Shown here: one piece after another, positions 51,577 to 61,579 of the stretch
Position numbering within the stretch: position 1 is the stretch's first letter
Layout: each line of letters opens with the position of its first letter
Assembly (NCBI GenBank): GCA_002773395.1
Contig: PFBI01000004.1
Location: 12,615-76,614 of the forward strand
DNA length: 64,000 nucleotides
From: Candidatus Kaiserbacteria bacterium CG10_big_fil_rev_8_21_14_0_10_47_16
Lineage (GTDB): Bacteria; Patescibacteriota; Minisyncoccia; Phycocordibacterales; UBA918
Direction of reading: 5' to 3'
Program-made: the position numbers and the translations under genes
The notes under the pieces: generated by a model
Seen by the model: the letters and a program-made list of their open reading frames with translations, nothing else
Told to the model about the DNA's origin: nothing
The model's database searches: none

Positions 51577-51620
51577 AAAATAACAAAAAGCTGCACATTT
51601 GTGCAGCTTTTTGTTATTTT
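51577..51620. terminator. Bidirectional terminator
   Basis: AAAATAACAAAAAGCTGCACA-TT-TGTGCAGCTTTTTGTTATTTT. Confidence 0.8.
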
Positions 51621-51636
51621 CTTTCTTGGTTTGAAT

Positions 51637-52254
51637 TTAGTAATTCAAAGAACCGCCCACTGATGTATCGAGATCTACGGATGCTCCAGCTCCTGTACCG
51701 GTTGCTTGTGTGCTACCAGTGACACTTGTATCGCTGTCTATAGATCCGCTGGTGTCTCCCCCACTCTGATTCATTTCTGCTGAGCTATCATTTTGCATGT
51801 TGGTATTCAATGATGCATCAATAGAAGTAATTATGTGAGCAAGCGTTGTTTCTGTACTTTCAGCATTTGTACGAATCTCGGCTTCAAGAGTATCAATTGA
51901 ACTCTGGAAGTTAGAGAATTCTGCTTGTGCTTTCGCATCAGCATCTACATATGCTGTAGTAAGGTCAGTACGGATACTCTCAAGCGTGCTAAGTGCGAGC
52001 GTAACATTTGCGTCGGCTCCTGCTTGGAGATTTGTACGGAGATCAACGAGACTTTGTCGTGCCTTTACCTTTGCGTCAGCGATACGAGCTTCGCTTTCTG
52101 CTTGCATCTCAGCTGTCGCTTCAGTGTCAGCAGACGGTTTTTGTTTCTCGTATACTTTGACTGCAGCAACGCCACCAATACCGAGGACTGCGATAATGAC
52201 AATAATGACGATAAGGCCGAGTCCTTGGTTGTGATTCTTATATGTTGTGTTCAT
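51637..52254 (-). CDS. Membrane-anchored helical protein with pilin-like N-terminus
   Basis: NQGLGLIVIIVIIAVLGIGG TM, coiled helices, Ser/Thr/Gly tail. Confidence 0.65.
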   Translation of the reverse strand: MNTTYKNHNQGLGLIVIIVIIAVLGIGGVAAVKVYEKQKPSADTEATAEMQAESEARIADAKVKARQSLVDLRTNLQAGADANVTLALSTLESIRTDLTTAYVDADAKAQAEFSNFQSSIDTLEAEIRTNAESTETTLAHIITSIDASLNTNMQNDSSAEMNQSGGDTSGSIDSDTSVTGSTQATGTGAGASVDLDTSVGGSLNY

Positions 52255-52311
52255 AATCCTGAATGTACGTTAATGTTGCTAAGTCGATAAATAATGATGA
52301 GCTTGTCGCGA

Positions 52312-52671
52312 TTAGACTTCGTCTTGTCGTGAAAGTTCTGAATGAGCCTCATATTTGGTTACCGGTCGAGTCATAAGAATGAGTCGTATGATTCCCCACG
52401 CGACGAACCAATATACCAATATAGCAAGTATGGTATTAAGTTCGAGCGCACTCCCTTCGAGTGTTGGTGTGCTGAATACAAACTGAAATGGGGCCACAAG
52501 AACACCGGAAATCGAGTATACAATTTGCGTGAACTGAGCGCCAGCATTTGCGCCAAAAAGACGCAAAATAAGACGAAGGATCAAGAGTGCCTCTACGACA
52601 CTGAATATGTACCATACGACGCGAGTCATTTGATACAGAGCCTTCTCTTGCGCATTAGGTAGTGTGTTCAT
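52312..52671 (-). CDS. YggT-like membrane protein
   Basis: LLILRLILRLFGAN....F...VY.IS..LVAPF, AILVY; hydrophobic. Confidence 0.75.
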   Translation of the reverse strand: MNTLPNAQEKALYQMTRVVWYIFSVVEALLILRLILRLFGANAGAQFTQIVYSISGVLVAPFQFVFSTPTLEGSALELNTILAILVYWFVAWGIIRLILMTRPVTKYEAHSELSRQDEV

Positions 52672-52768
52672 AGATTCTGTGATGAATGAATAGTCTAACA
52701 ATGTTCGACGGTGAGTGGACGAGTATCGCGTACTCGTTGTACTCTACGTACCAGTATTCCATATAATC

Positions 52769-52866
52769 CATGAAGTCTTTATGAAGACCTCTTTCCCTGG
52801 TGTGAGAGATCTAATTAATAGAAAATCCTTAGTATGAGCCGTACTTTTCTTCATGATTTCTTCATG
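52769..52866. promoter_or_regulatory. Two divergent OmpR-type tandem boxes (TTCAT repeats, 11-bp period)
   Basis: Minus strand TTCATAAAGACTTCATG (52769-52785); plus strand TTCATGATTTCTTCATG (52850-52866); each followed by a -10-like hexamer. Confidence 0.6.
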
Positions 52867-52940
52867 GCCAGCATGAGACTATACTAAGGTAACTGTCGTA
52901 AAAAGACTTTTTCAGCACCATTAAATTTTGAAATGTTCTT

Positions 52941-53612
52941 ATGAGAATTCTACTTATTGAAGATGAGGAAAAATTGGCACAGTCACTCATGCGTGGTCTG
53001 AGCAAGCGCGGATACGCGGTAGACCATCTCACCGAGGGTAAACCTGCTACAGAAAGACTCTCTTTGTACCGGAATGAGTACGATCTTGCGATACTCGACC
53101 TTACTCTTCCGGACACGGACGGATTTGCCGTGTGTAAAAACGTGCGAGATATGGGTGTTACCCTCCCTATTCTCGTGTTAACTGCTCGCTCAAGTGTAGA
53201 CGACAAAGTATCTCTCCTTCGAGCGGGTGCGGACGATTACATGGTGAAGCCGTTTGCCTTCCAAGAGCTTCTTGCTCGTATTCAGGCAATCATGCGTCGT
53301 CCAGAAGAAATTGTCCCTGACGAGCTTACCGTTGGAGAATTTACGCTCAACAAAACGACACATCGCGTATTTCGTGATGGTACTGAGCTTATTTTGACAC
53401 TCAAAGAGTTCATGCTACTTGAGTACTTCATGCGACACCCAAATCAAGTAATTAAGAGAGACGATGTACTCGACCATGCGTGGGAGTTTGACTTTTCGTC
53501 ATTGAGTAATATTGTTGATGTGCACGTTAAAAATCTACGTAAAAAAATTGGCAACGATGGAAATGAAATCATTAAAACAGTTCGCGGGGTGGGATATCAA
53601 TTTATGGCGTAG
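52941..53612 (+). CDS. OmpR/PhoB-family response regulator
   Basis: MRILLIEDE, ILDLTLP, GADDYMVKPF, LTLKEF.LL, VDVHVKNLRKK, TVRGVGY. Confidence 0.95.
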   Translation: MRILLIEDEEKLAQSLMRGLSKRGYAVDHLTEGKPATERLSLYRNEYDLAILDLTLPDTDGFAVCKNVRDMGVTLPILVLTARSSVDDKVSLLRAGADDYMVKPFAFQELLARIQAIMRRPEEIVPDELTVGEFTLNKTTHRVFRDGTELILTLKEFMLLEYFMRHPNQVIKRDDVLDHAWEFDFSSLSNIVDVHVKNLRKKIGNDGNEIIKTVRGVGYQFMA

Positions 53613-54684
53613 ATACCAGAACGATTTATTCTTCCGTACGACGTGTCATATTATTGCCCTTCAGGTATTTTTAGCAGGTATTCTTGCTGCGGTATTCTGG
53701 TATTCTCTGCAGTATTTAGGACAGAACGTTGCTTCAAAGTCGCTCGATCAAATACAAATGATGTTGCTTGGTTCTCACACGACGCAGGCAGAATTCTCTG
53801 CAACAATTGAGGATGTTGCAAATACGCAGTTTTATCCAGCAGCAACAATCCTCATCGCGATCGCACTCTGCTTTGCATTTATTACTACATACATTGCACT
53901 CACCCCGACGAGGCGGTCACTTGAAAGAAAAAGGCGGTTTATCAATAACGTGGCTCATGAATTGCGCACTCCCCTTGCGGTTATTCGTACCAATACTGAA
54001 GTTGCACTTCTTGAAGAGAATATTCCACAACATATAGAGGGAGTTTTAAAAGATACGGTCGAGGAACTTGGTCGTATCTCGGGAATTATGGATAACCTCC
54101 TTACACTCAGTAGTATGATGCGTTTGACTGAAATGAAATTTAGCGATATTGATCTCCATACCGTGGTTGAGAATGCTCTCGAGACACTCGAACATTCACT
54201 TAAGAAACGAAATGTTACGGTGGAGATACAAGGAGATACTGAATTCGTTATTGGTAATACGATTGCACTTGAACAGGTTGTATTTAACTTGGTTAAGAAT
54301 GCTGCAAACCACAGTGACCCTGGCAGCACAGTCGTCGTCACTATAGCTGCTACACCATGGGGACATGTTGACGTGAGTATTACTGATACAGGAAGCGGAA
54401 TTGCCCCAGATGATCTGTATTATATATTTGAACCGTTCTATCGAGCACAAAAGACTCCGCGTCACCCCGGAAGCGGTCTCGGACTTGCTATCGTCAGTGA
54501 CATTGTTCGAGCACACCGCGGAAAAATTTCTGTGCAGAGTGCACTCAACGTTGGTACTACGGTCACGGTCTCCCTTCCCTGCGCAGTGAAAGATGTTCCA
54601 CCGGAAAAAACACAACATGAGATTGATCACCCAGAAATAAAGAAAGTTTCTGTCGATTACTCGAAGTCACTATTTCACGATTAG
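53557..54684 (+). CDS. Sensor histidine kinase
   Basis: Two TMs, AHELRTPL H-box, NLVKNA, DTGSGI, GSGLGL; start uncertain. Confidence 0.92.
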   Translation: MEMKSLKQFAGWDINLWRRYQNDLFFRTTCHIIALQVFLAGILAAVFWYSLQYLGQNVASKSLDQIQMMLLGSHTTQAEFSATIEDVANTQFYPAATILIAIALCFAFITTYIALTPTRRSLERKRRFINNVAHELRTPLAVIRTNTEVALLEENIPQHIEGVLKDTVEELGRISGIMDNLLTLSSMMRLTEMKFSDIDLHTVVENALETLEHSLKKRNVTVEIQGDTEFVIGNTIALEQVVFNLVKNAANHSDPGSTVVVTIAATPWGHVDVSITDTGSGIAPDDLYYIFEPFYRAQKTPRHPGSGLGLAIVSDIVRAHRGKISVQSALNVGTTVTVSLPCAVKDVPPEKTQHEIDHPEIKKVSVDYSKSLFHD

Positions 54685-54873
54685 ATAAATCAAAGAGAGG
54701 TTCACGTAACTCTCATCGCGTATCAGTATACTGAGTGAGTAGTCTGCTGCGCGCGGGCAGATGAGATGGTCGAACATCCGTTTTTGTTAGCGTAAATACA
54801 GCCATTACGTATGACACAACCGTGTATGAACGCACCGGTAGAATCTGTTCATAAAAAGTGTATACAAGCATAG

Positions 54874-54916
54874 TAAGGGGAGATTGCGGGCGCTTCGGCG
54901 TCGCAATCTCCCCTTT
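54874..54916 (+). terminator. Terminator hairpin
   Basis: AAGGGGAGATTGCG...CGCAATCTCCCCTTTTT. Confidence 0.75.
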
Positions 54917-54945
54917 TTGCATCCGACATGAAGAAAAATATTTAC

Positions 54946-54962
54946 TTCATGAAGAGTTCATC
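54946..54962 (+). promoter_or_regulatory. Third TTCAT tandem box
   Basis: TTCATGAAGAGTTCATC, 11-bp period, upstream of the 55028 gene. Confidence 0.6.
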
Positions 54963-55027
54963 GACATTATGTTCTACTAGGAGAGTATTACTAGCGGCAT
55001 CCTAGATGTCTAATTCAATACATACCT

Positions 55028-55582
55028 ATGAACAAACTATATATGATTGGTGTAGGGATGGTAACACTTAGTTTGCCACTCACCTCACTTGCAGCAACGT
55101 ACTTTTATGTTGACACGAGTGGTGAAGTGCAAACTGTTGAAGCTTCAGATTCAACAGAGGCGCTTACCCTCTCTGCCCACGACCGAGCGGTACACAGTGG
55201 CGTTGCGATTGATCGAGGCGTTATTAACGAAGGAGATGTTGTACTCAGTGTCGCCCTCGGCACAAGTACCGATATTGGAAGTGGCCCGTATGTCTATCAA
55301 TATGTGAACACGAATGGAACGCTTAGTTCTGTCAGTGCTTCAAGTGCAGATATGGCACTCTCGCTCTCTGCGTACAATCGAGCTTCAAATAGTGGCGTTA
55401 TGCTCGTACGCGGAATGGGTGGATCAGTAGAAAATACTACGTATCCAACAGGTACCCTTTTCACGTATCAATACATCGATGTGAATGGAAACCTCCGATC
55501 TATTGAAGCAGCGAATGCGTCTCTTGCGATTACGCTCGCAACAAATCGAGATCCTCACAGTGGTGTGGTCTTCGTTAAGTAG
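55028..55582 (+). CDS. Secreted protein with three ~38-aa internal repeats
   Basis: Signal peptide; 3x Y.Y(V/I)(D/N)..G....(V/I).A.....A..L....R...SGV. Confidence 0.75.
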   Translation: MNKLYMIGVGMVTLSLPLTSLAATYFYVDTSGEVQTVEASDSTEALTLSAHDRAVHSGVAIDRGVINEGDVVLSVALGTSTDIGSGPYVYQYVNTNGTLSSVSASSADMALSLSAYNRASNSGVMLVRGMGGSVENTTYPTGTLFTYQYIDVNGNLRSIEAANASLAITLATNRDPHSGVVFVK

Positions 55583-55610
55583 ATCTCACATACCTGTAAT
55601 CCGTGCAGGA

Positions 55611-55646
55611 AATAAAAAACCGCTCCAAAATGGAGCGGTTTTTATT
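55611..55646. terminator. Bidirectional terminator
   Basis: AATAAAAAACCGCTCCA-AAA-TGGAGCGGTTTTTATT. Confidence 0.8.
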
Positions 55647-55655
55647 GGCTACCTC

Positions 55656-56483
55656 TTACTGATAGTACTTCGCGCTATCGAGTATCTGAAGCGCTTCGTG
55701 TACTTGGTAAATTGCTTCAGCGGCATCATTATCAATAAGGGCTTCCTTAATATTTTGGAGGCGCTTATTTACCTTCGCTGCAGTATTTTCGTCCGGGTTC
55801 TCTCGCTTGATTGCCTTAAGGAGCACATCAAGTTGGTCGTTTACGTACGCCTGAAGTGTTTCTGCGTCAGTACCGGCAACGAAGACGAGTACGAATCCTT
55901 TGTACGTTTCGTTGATGCTTCGGAGTCGTTCTATTGCTGCATCATCAAGCGATTCGAGGTTTGGATTTTCTGCAATCTCGTTTTCTTGAAGTTCGAGAAT
56001 CACGGCTGCGTCATGGAGTGTCGTCATCGCTTCTCCCTGTGTGATGTTCTCATTTGTTTCGATGATAGAACGAAGATCATCCGTATTTCGTGCAAGTTGA
56101 TTCTGGATAACTTCCCGCGTTTTATCACTCATAGGCTTGTCAGGGTTGAGGCGTGTGAGTTCATCAAGACGTCGTTGCATGAGCTTGATTTGGTAGGCAG
56201 CCTTTTCGTGTGTTGAGACTTGCAAACCTTGCATTGCTGGCTCTACCACATTGACTTTGATGCCGTAAAAGATACTTCCTGGAATACTCCGTACTCCAAG
56301 AAAGCCAATGACAATAAGTACAATGATAACGACAAGTATCGCGAGGAGTACCTTCCGTAATCGGCCACCACTTCGAGGTGCGGTGTACATGCCATTCTGT
56401 GGGTCGTTCCCCGTTCCTGTTCCTGAGAATGCGCGTCGTATCTTTCCGATAATTCGCTCTACGATGTTTTGTCCGCTATTCAT
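55656..56483 (-). CDS. Membrane-anchored helical protein, DUF5667-like
   Basis: TM then SIPGSIFYGIKVNVVE...RRLDE motif. Confidence 0.6.
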   Translation of the reverse strand: MNSGQNIVERIIGKIRRAFSGTGTGNDPQNGMYTAPRSGGRLRKVLLAILVVIIVLIVIGFLGVRSIPGSIFYGIKVNVVEPAMQGLQVSTHEKAAYQIKLMQRRLDELTRLNPDKPMSDKTREVIQNQLARNTDDLRSIIETNENITQGEAMTTLHDAAVILELQENEIAENPNLESLDDAAIERLRSINETYKGFVLVFVAGTDAETLQAYVNDQLDVLLKAIKRENPDENTAAKVNKRLQNIKEALIDNDAAEAIYQVHEALQILDSAKYYQ

Positions 56484-56633
56484 AATTATAATTTTTTGTA
56501 TGTTAAAAGGTTTGCCCCGAAAGCCCAGCGAAGAGCTGGGCTTTCGATTCGGGTAAGTTCCTACGAGCGGTTGCTCGCATATATAGTGTAGCAATTTAGA
56601 GGCTTTTTGGTTAGGGGTATCCACACCTCAATT

Positions 56634-57944
56634 CTAGATCTTTGGAAGATAATCCAAGGGGTTGAGGTAAGCATTAAGCGCGGAGACTGGTGTCGTTGCC
56701 GCACCACAGCTCGTCACGCTCTTAAAATCGCTGAATTTGAGGACTTTAACCGCATCTGAGACAAGTACCGTAAAGTGGAGGTGAGGACCCGTACTGTACC
56801 CCGTATTGCCACTGTAGCCAATGACGTCACCAGTGTTCACGCGTTGTCCTGGAGATACTGAGATAGTACTCTGGTGGGCGTAGAGCGTTGAGAGGCCGTT
56901 TGCATGGTCAATGAGTGTCCATTTTCCATAGGAGTAGCATCCTGCTACAGAGTCGGTATTCCCCGTTGCGCGCACCGTACCTGAAAGTGGCGCGTATATC
57001 TTTGTTCCAACAGGAACCCCAAAGTCCATACCGTTGTGACCATTACCACTGTAGGCGCCACTTTTTGCAAACGCGGTATTGCCGAAGTATTGGGTGATAA
57101 TGATGTTGGTTAACGGCCAATTGAAGACAGCCGCACCTGCTTTTGGAATTGAACTCGGGTCGAGTATGTAACTGAGCTGCGATTCATAGTCACGAAGTTG
57201 TGCTGCGATTTTTTCAGCTGCTGCTTTTTGTTCAGCGAGTTGTGCTTGGTACGCAGCTTCTTGGCCTTTTGTTTTTGCAAGAAGTGTGGCCTTTGACGCC
57301 TTCGTACTCTTTAAAATTTCATTTTGACTTGAGTACTGATCTTTAAGTTGCACCAGCTCCCCACGTTTTGTCGTGTTCTCACCGCGTTGCGACTCGAGTA
57401 GATTTTTTGAATCAGAAAGTTGGGCAATGTTGGCACTCATTGCGCTACGTACTTGCATGAGTGTTTCGATGCTGTCCCAAAAGTCAGAAAGCTTTTTATG
57501 TTGGAGGAGTGTGACCATGAGCGGATCCTGATCGCTTTCATTGAGTCGTCGCACCATTTCTGCGATGGCGGCCTCGTCTTTTTGAATGGTCGATTGTGTG
57601 TCACCAATCTCAATAGTTAGTTTTGAAATTTGGAGATCCGTAGCACCGATCTTATTTTGTGTGTATGAAATATTAGCTTCAATATTTTTCCGTTCAAGCT
57701 CAAGCTTATTGATTGCGCTTTGGAGAGTGCTTTTCTCAGCCCCCACTTCTTGCAGTTGGCCTTCAAGTTTTGAAATCTGTTTTTGAATTTCAGCGAGACG
57801 ACTATTGCTTTCAGAAATTTGTGCCTGGAGTCGTTCTGCTTCGCTTTGCGCAAAAACATCCGTACTCTGGAGTATGAAGTACGGAAGTACCACGAGGGCA
57901 AAACCAATAAAGAAAGCTTGTATCCAATTTCTATGCGCTATCAT
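56634..57944 (-). CDS. Coiled-coil M23 peptidase (EnvC/murein hydrolase-like)
   Basis: Signal peptide, long coiled coil, HNGMD, LYAHQS, STGPHLHF with Zn ligands intact. Confidence 0.92.
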   Translation of the reverse strand: MIAHRNWIQAFFIGFALVVLPYFILQSTDVFAQSEAERLQAQISESNSRLAEIQKQISKLEGQLQEVGAEKSTLQSAINKLELERKNIEANISYTQNKIGATDLQISKLTIEIGDTQSTIQKDEAAIAEMVRRLNESDQDPLMVTLLQHKKLSDFWDSIETLMQVRSAMSANIAQLSDSKNLLESQRGENTTKRGELVQLKDQYSSQNEILKSTKASKATLLAKTKGQEAAYQAQLAEQKAAAEKIAAQLRDYESQLSYILDPSSIPKAGAAVFNWPLTNIIITQYFGNTAFAKSGAYSGNGHNGMDFGVPVGTKIYAPLSGTVRATGNTDSVAGCYSYGKWTLIDHANGLSTLYAHQSTISVSPGQRVNTGDVIGYSGNTGYSTGPHLHFTVLVSDAVKVLKFSDFKSVTSCGAATTPVSALNAYLNPLDYLPKI

Positions 57945-59305
57945 GCACTCAAAATTGTATCACACGCGTGCTGGACACGTTTGTATGACTCTGCAGTACC
58001 AATAATGTGAATAACGGTAAACGGGTCTGGTGAGCGCTCTTTTCCGGTGAGCGCAACACGAAGTGGCCACAAGACTTCCCCTTTTCCCACTTGTTCTGCA
58101 AAGGCAAAGATTGGCGCTTTCAGTGTCTCAAAATCACCATCTTCGGGTAATGTAGAGAGGATTTCAGCCACTTTTCGAAGCCGCGGCAAGGCATCTTTTG
58201 CAGAGTCATCATTTTTCCACGCAAGCATCTCCGCGGTCACCGCAGGTGTTTCAAATGCAAAGTCATACTCGCCCGCTTCTGCGTTCTCTACAATTTCTGA
58301 ACCGTGCGTAATACGTTCATGAATAGTTGGGAGAAGCTTTTGCAAACGGTCTTCAGAAAATTGTGATTTCTCAGAAACGATGGGTAATAACCATGGAGCC
58401 GCATATTCATAAAATGCAGCAGCGTCGAAGCCGCGGAGGTGTTCCTTATTGAACCATTTTAATTTTTCGATATCGAAAATTGCGCCACCTTTTTGTACAC
58501 CACCGAGGTCAAATTCTGCAGTGAGTTCTTCGAGTGAAAAAAGTTCTTGATCGGTCCCTGGATTCCAACCAAGAAGCGAAAGGTAATTGCCGAGTGCACT
58601 CGGAAGGTATCCGGCATCTTGGTAATCTTTCAGTGCAACAGCACCGTGTCGTTTTGAAAGTTTTGAACGGTCGGGTGCAAGAAGAAGCGGAAGGTGCGCG
58701 TATACCGGACGCACTGCACCGATTGCTTCTTGGATAAGAATTTGCCGCGGAGTATTTGAAATATGATCTTCCCCACGAATGACGTGCGTGACACCCATCT
58801 CATGGTCATCAACAACAACAGTAAAGTGGTAGAGCGCGTCATCAATAGATCGTGCAATCACAAAGTCACCAAGTTCAGTGGTATCAAACGTTACTTCACC
58901 GCGTACCTCGTCTTCAAATGTAATACTCTTCCCCGCGTTCTTTAAACGGATGACTTCAATTTCTGTCCCTGGTTCACGCCTACTCTCTTCTTTTGACACG
59001 TATGCCTTCTCCTCTGCAATCAGTGTCTCAAGATATTTTTTATATATGTCACCTCGTTCAGACTGACGATAAAAATCATCCCATTTCAGTCCAAGCCATG
59101 TGAGACCTTCAATAATTTCTTCTTCAAAAGCCGATGTACTTCGTTCTTTGTCAGTGTCTTCAATACGCATGATAAACGTACCTCCGTACTTCTGAGCGAA
59201 GATGTAGTTATAGAGTGCAGTGCGAGCGGTACCAATATGTAAATTTCCCGTTGGGCTCGGTGCCATGCGGACAACTATTTTTTTGTTTTCGTTGAATAGA
59301 TTCAT
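57941..59305 (-). CDS. gltX: Glutamate-tRNA ligase
   Basis: RMAPSPTGNLHIG, RIEDTD, RGEDH, KLSKR. Confidence 0.95.
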   Translation of the reverse strand: MNLFNENKKIVVRMAPSPTGNLHIGTARTALYNYIFAQKYGGTFIMRIEDTDKERSTSAFEEEIIEGLTWLGLKWDDFYRQSERGDIYKKYLETLIAEEKAYVSKEESRREPGTEIEVIRLKNAGKSITFEDEVRGEVTFDTTELGDFVIARSIDDALYHFTVVVDDHEMGVTHVIRGEDHISNTPRQILIQEAIGAVRPVYAHLPLLLAPDRSKLSKRHGAVALKDYQDAGYLPSALGNYLSLLGWNPGTDQELFSLEELTAEFDLGGVQKGGAIFDIEKLKWFNKEHLRGFDAAAFYEYAAPWLLPIVSEKSQFSEDRLQKLLPTIHERITHGSEIVENAEAGEYDFAFETPAVTAEMLAWKNDDSAKDALPRLRKVAEILSTLPEDGDFETLKAPIFAFAEQVGKGEVLWPLRVALTGKERSPDPFTVIHIIGTAESYKRVQHACDTILSA

Positions 59306-59318
59306 ACAGTGATACTGA

Positions 59319-60440
59319 TTAGCTTCCGTGTTCTGCGCCAATGTTTGCAAGAATATCTGCAATCTTCGCCGCAGCATCTGCTGGCGCGAATCCTCGTGCT
59401 GCAGTACTCATATCTGTGTAGAGGGTCTGGTCGCCCATAATACGTCCAATTTCAGCCGTGAGCAACCCAGCGTGCAAGTTGCCTTCCTCAAGGACCGATG
59501 CTGCCCCAGAGCTTGCGTATGCGTACGCATTTGATCGCTGATCGTGACTAATCTCTTCAGGAATCGGAATAATAATCGATGGCTTTCCGTGGAGTGCGAT
59601 TTCAAAGATAACGGTGCTTCCTGCACGTGAAATCACAATAGCAGCTGCATTGTACGCCGTGCCAAGTGTTTCAGGGGTTAGGAATGCAATTGGATGGTAG
59701 TGCTGAAGAAGATTTTGATCGGTGATTAGTGTCTCTGCAGTGGTGACCACACTTGCGTGGTTTTGTTTTCCTGTTTGATGCACGACAACATAGTGTGGAA
59801 GGAGTTCTGCGAGTGATTCAAGGACGAGTGTATTTATCCGCTCAGCACCTTGTGAACCGCCGATGACGAGTATGAGCGGAACACTTCCATCGACACCGAG
59901 TGCAGCGATATCTTCTGGCGAACTTGGCGCGAGGAGTTGTTTACGGATGGGGATACCAGTGAGCGCAGTTTTTCCTTCTGGGAAAAACTGCGCGGCTTCT
60001 GCATACGAAATCGCAATGTATCGCGCAAAACGCTTTGCAAGTTTGTTTGCGCGACCGACAACTGCATCTGATTCGTGAATCACGATTGGGATACGGAGAA
60101 ATGCAGCCGCAAGTACCACGGGCACACTCGTGTACCCCCCTTTACTCATGACCACATCGGGATACACAATAAAAAGCTTCACGATCGCAACGAATGTCCC
60201 CCACAGCGCAATGACGGGACCTACAAATTTCAAGAAAGAAATATACCGCGGCACCTTCCCTGCGGGACAATAGCGGTATCGAATGTTGAGCGCAGTGAGC
60301 GCGTCAGCGTCGTATTTCTCTGGTCCAAAATAGTAGAGTTCTGCGTCAGGAGTTTTCTCCCTCACTGCCTCAGCAATAGCCATAAGCGGATAGAAGTGTC
60401 CGCCCGTTCCCCCACCAACAAGTGCAATACGAGTACTCAT
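59319..60440 (-). CDS. murG: MurG glycosyltransferase
   Basis: GGGTGGH, KGGY, HESD, GGSQG, SRAG, DQRSNA. Confidence 0.95.
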   Translation of the reverse strand: MSTRIALVGGGTGGHFYPLMAIAEAVREKTPDAELYYFGPEKYDADALTALNIRYRYCPAGKVPRYISFLKFVGPVIALWGTFVAIVKLFIVYPDVVMSKGGYTSVPVVLAAAFLRIPIVIHESDAVVGRANKLAKRFARYIAISYAEAAQFFPEGKTALTGIPIRKQLLAPSSPEDIAALGVDGSVPLILVIGGSQGAERINTLVLESLAELLPHYVVVHQTGKQNHASVVTTAETLITDQNLLQHYHPIAFLTPETLGTAYNAAAIVISRAGSTVIFEIALHGKPSIIIPIPEEISHDQRSNAYAYASSGAASVLEEGNLHAGLLTAEIGRIMGDQTLYTDMSTAARGFAPADAAAKIADILANIGAEHGS

Positions 60441-60460
60441 ACGCTTTTAGTTTAGCATGT

Positions 60461-61570
60461 TCACTTCGCGCTTCGCTTCTGGTACTTGGATACATTGAGC
60501 ACAATTCCCACTGAGCCAAGTGTCACAAGGAGCGCTGTTCCCCCGTGACTGATGAATGGAAGCGGGAGTCCGCCGAGTGGCGCGAGTGCAAGCATGGCGG
60601 CAATATTTAAAAATGCCTGCACCACAATGAGCGTGATAAATCCGATCACCAACAGCGTACCGAATAAATCAGGCGCGTGCGTGGCAATGCGGTACCCGCG
60701 GAAAGCGAATCCGCAAAATAAAATTACCAGAAGGAATGTTCCCAAGAAACCAAACTCTTCTGCGTACACCGCGAAGATAGAGTCACCAATCGGTTCAGGA
60801 AGGTACTCAAACTTTTGGATACTTTGTCCAAATCCTCGTCCAAATCCCCCACCCGATCCAACAGCAATGAGTGATTGGTGTACCTGATAACTCGCACCGA
60901 GCGGGTCACTGTCAGGATTCACAAACGTCGTGATGCGGTCCATCACGTACGGACGTGAGAACGCAAGAGCGGCAATGAGCGCAATCCCCGCAAGCCCCAT
61001 GAGGAGTACGTCGCGGAAGCGACCGCCAGCAGTCAGAAACATCGCAACGCCTGCAGCCGCCATCACAAGGAATGTATCAGTGTCTGGCTGCAGAAGCATG
61101 ATGATTCCCACTGCACCAACAAAACCAATAAACGGAAGTGTTCCGAGTTTAAAGGTATGTGCGTGTCGGTACATGCCCGAGAGCCACGTTGCCATATAGA
61201 TGACAAATCCAATCTTTAAAAATTCAGCTGGTTGGAAGGTGAAGGATCCAAACTGAAGCCAACGTACCGCGCCGCCGTGCGCAAATCCAAACCCAGGAAT
61301 AAACACAAGAAGCGTGAGCGCGAGCGTGAAGAGGAAAATATAAAACGCATATTGTCGCCAGAAGCGATAGTGAATGCTACTCATAAGAAAAAGAGCGGCA
61401 CCCCCACCGAGGATACCGAAGAAGAATTGACTGAGCGCCACTGACGAAAAACTTGCACCACTTCGAGCGAGGAGCCCGAGTGAAGCAGAAGAAAAAATCA
61501 TAAACCCGCCCACCACAAGGAGCGCCACTGTTCCGAGGAGAATACGGTCGAGAGTATGTTTTGTTGCCAT
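60461..61570 (-). CDS. ftsW: SEDS peptidoglycan polymerase FtsW
   Basis: GAVRW...FQPAEFLK, LQPD, GSGG..G.G.G, LPE...D.IF, LPFISHGG; lies between mraY and murG. Confidence 0.9.
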   Translation of the reverse strand: MATKHTLDRILLGTVALLVVGGFMIFSSASLGLLARSGASFSSVALSQFFFGILGGGAALFLMSSIHYRFWRQYAFYIFLFTLALTLLVFIPGFGFAHGGAVRWLQFGSFTFQPAEFLKIGFVIYMATWLSGMYRHAHTFKLGTLPFIGFVGAVGIIMLLQPDTDTFLVMAAAGVAMFLTAGGRFRDVLLMGLAGIALIAALAFSRPYVMDRITTFVNPDSDPLGASYQVHQSLIAVGSGGGFGRGFGQSIQKFEYLPEPIGDSIFAVYAEEFGFLGTFLLVILFCGFAFRGYRIATHAPDLFGTLLVIGFITLIVVQAFLNIAAMLALAPLGGLPLPFISHGGTALLVTLGSVGIVLNVSKYQKRSAK

Positions 61571-61579
61571 GGCAGTTAC

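Noticed and set aside
54713-54922. 69-aa minus-strand ORF after the kinase
   Set aside because: Crosses a terminator hairpin and has no clear start signals or motifs.
51385-56530. 11-bp repeat AAAGCCCAGCG as island boundaries
   Set aside because: Matches of this length are expected by chance in 64 kb, and no integrase is nearby.
56505-56560. c-di-GMP-I riboswitch (GGCAAACC and GAAA)
   Set aside because: The motifs are in the wrong order and the second conserved stem is absent.
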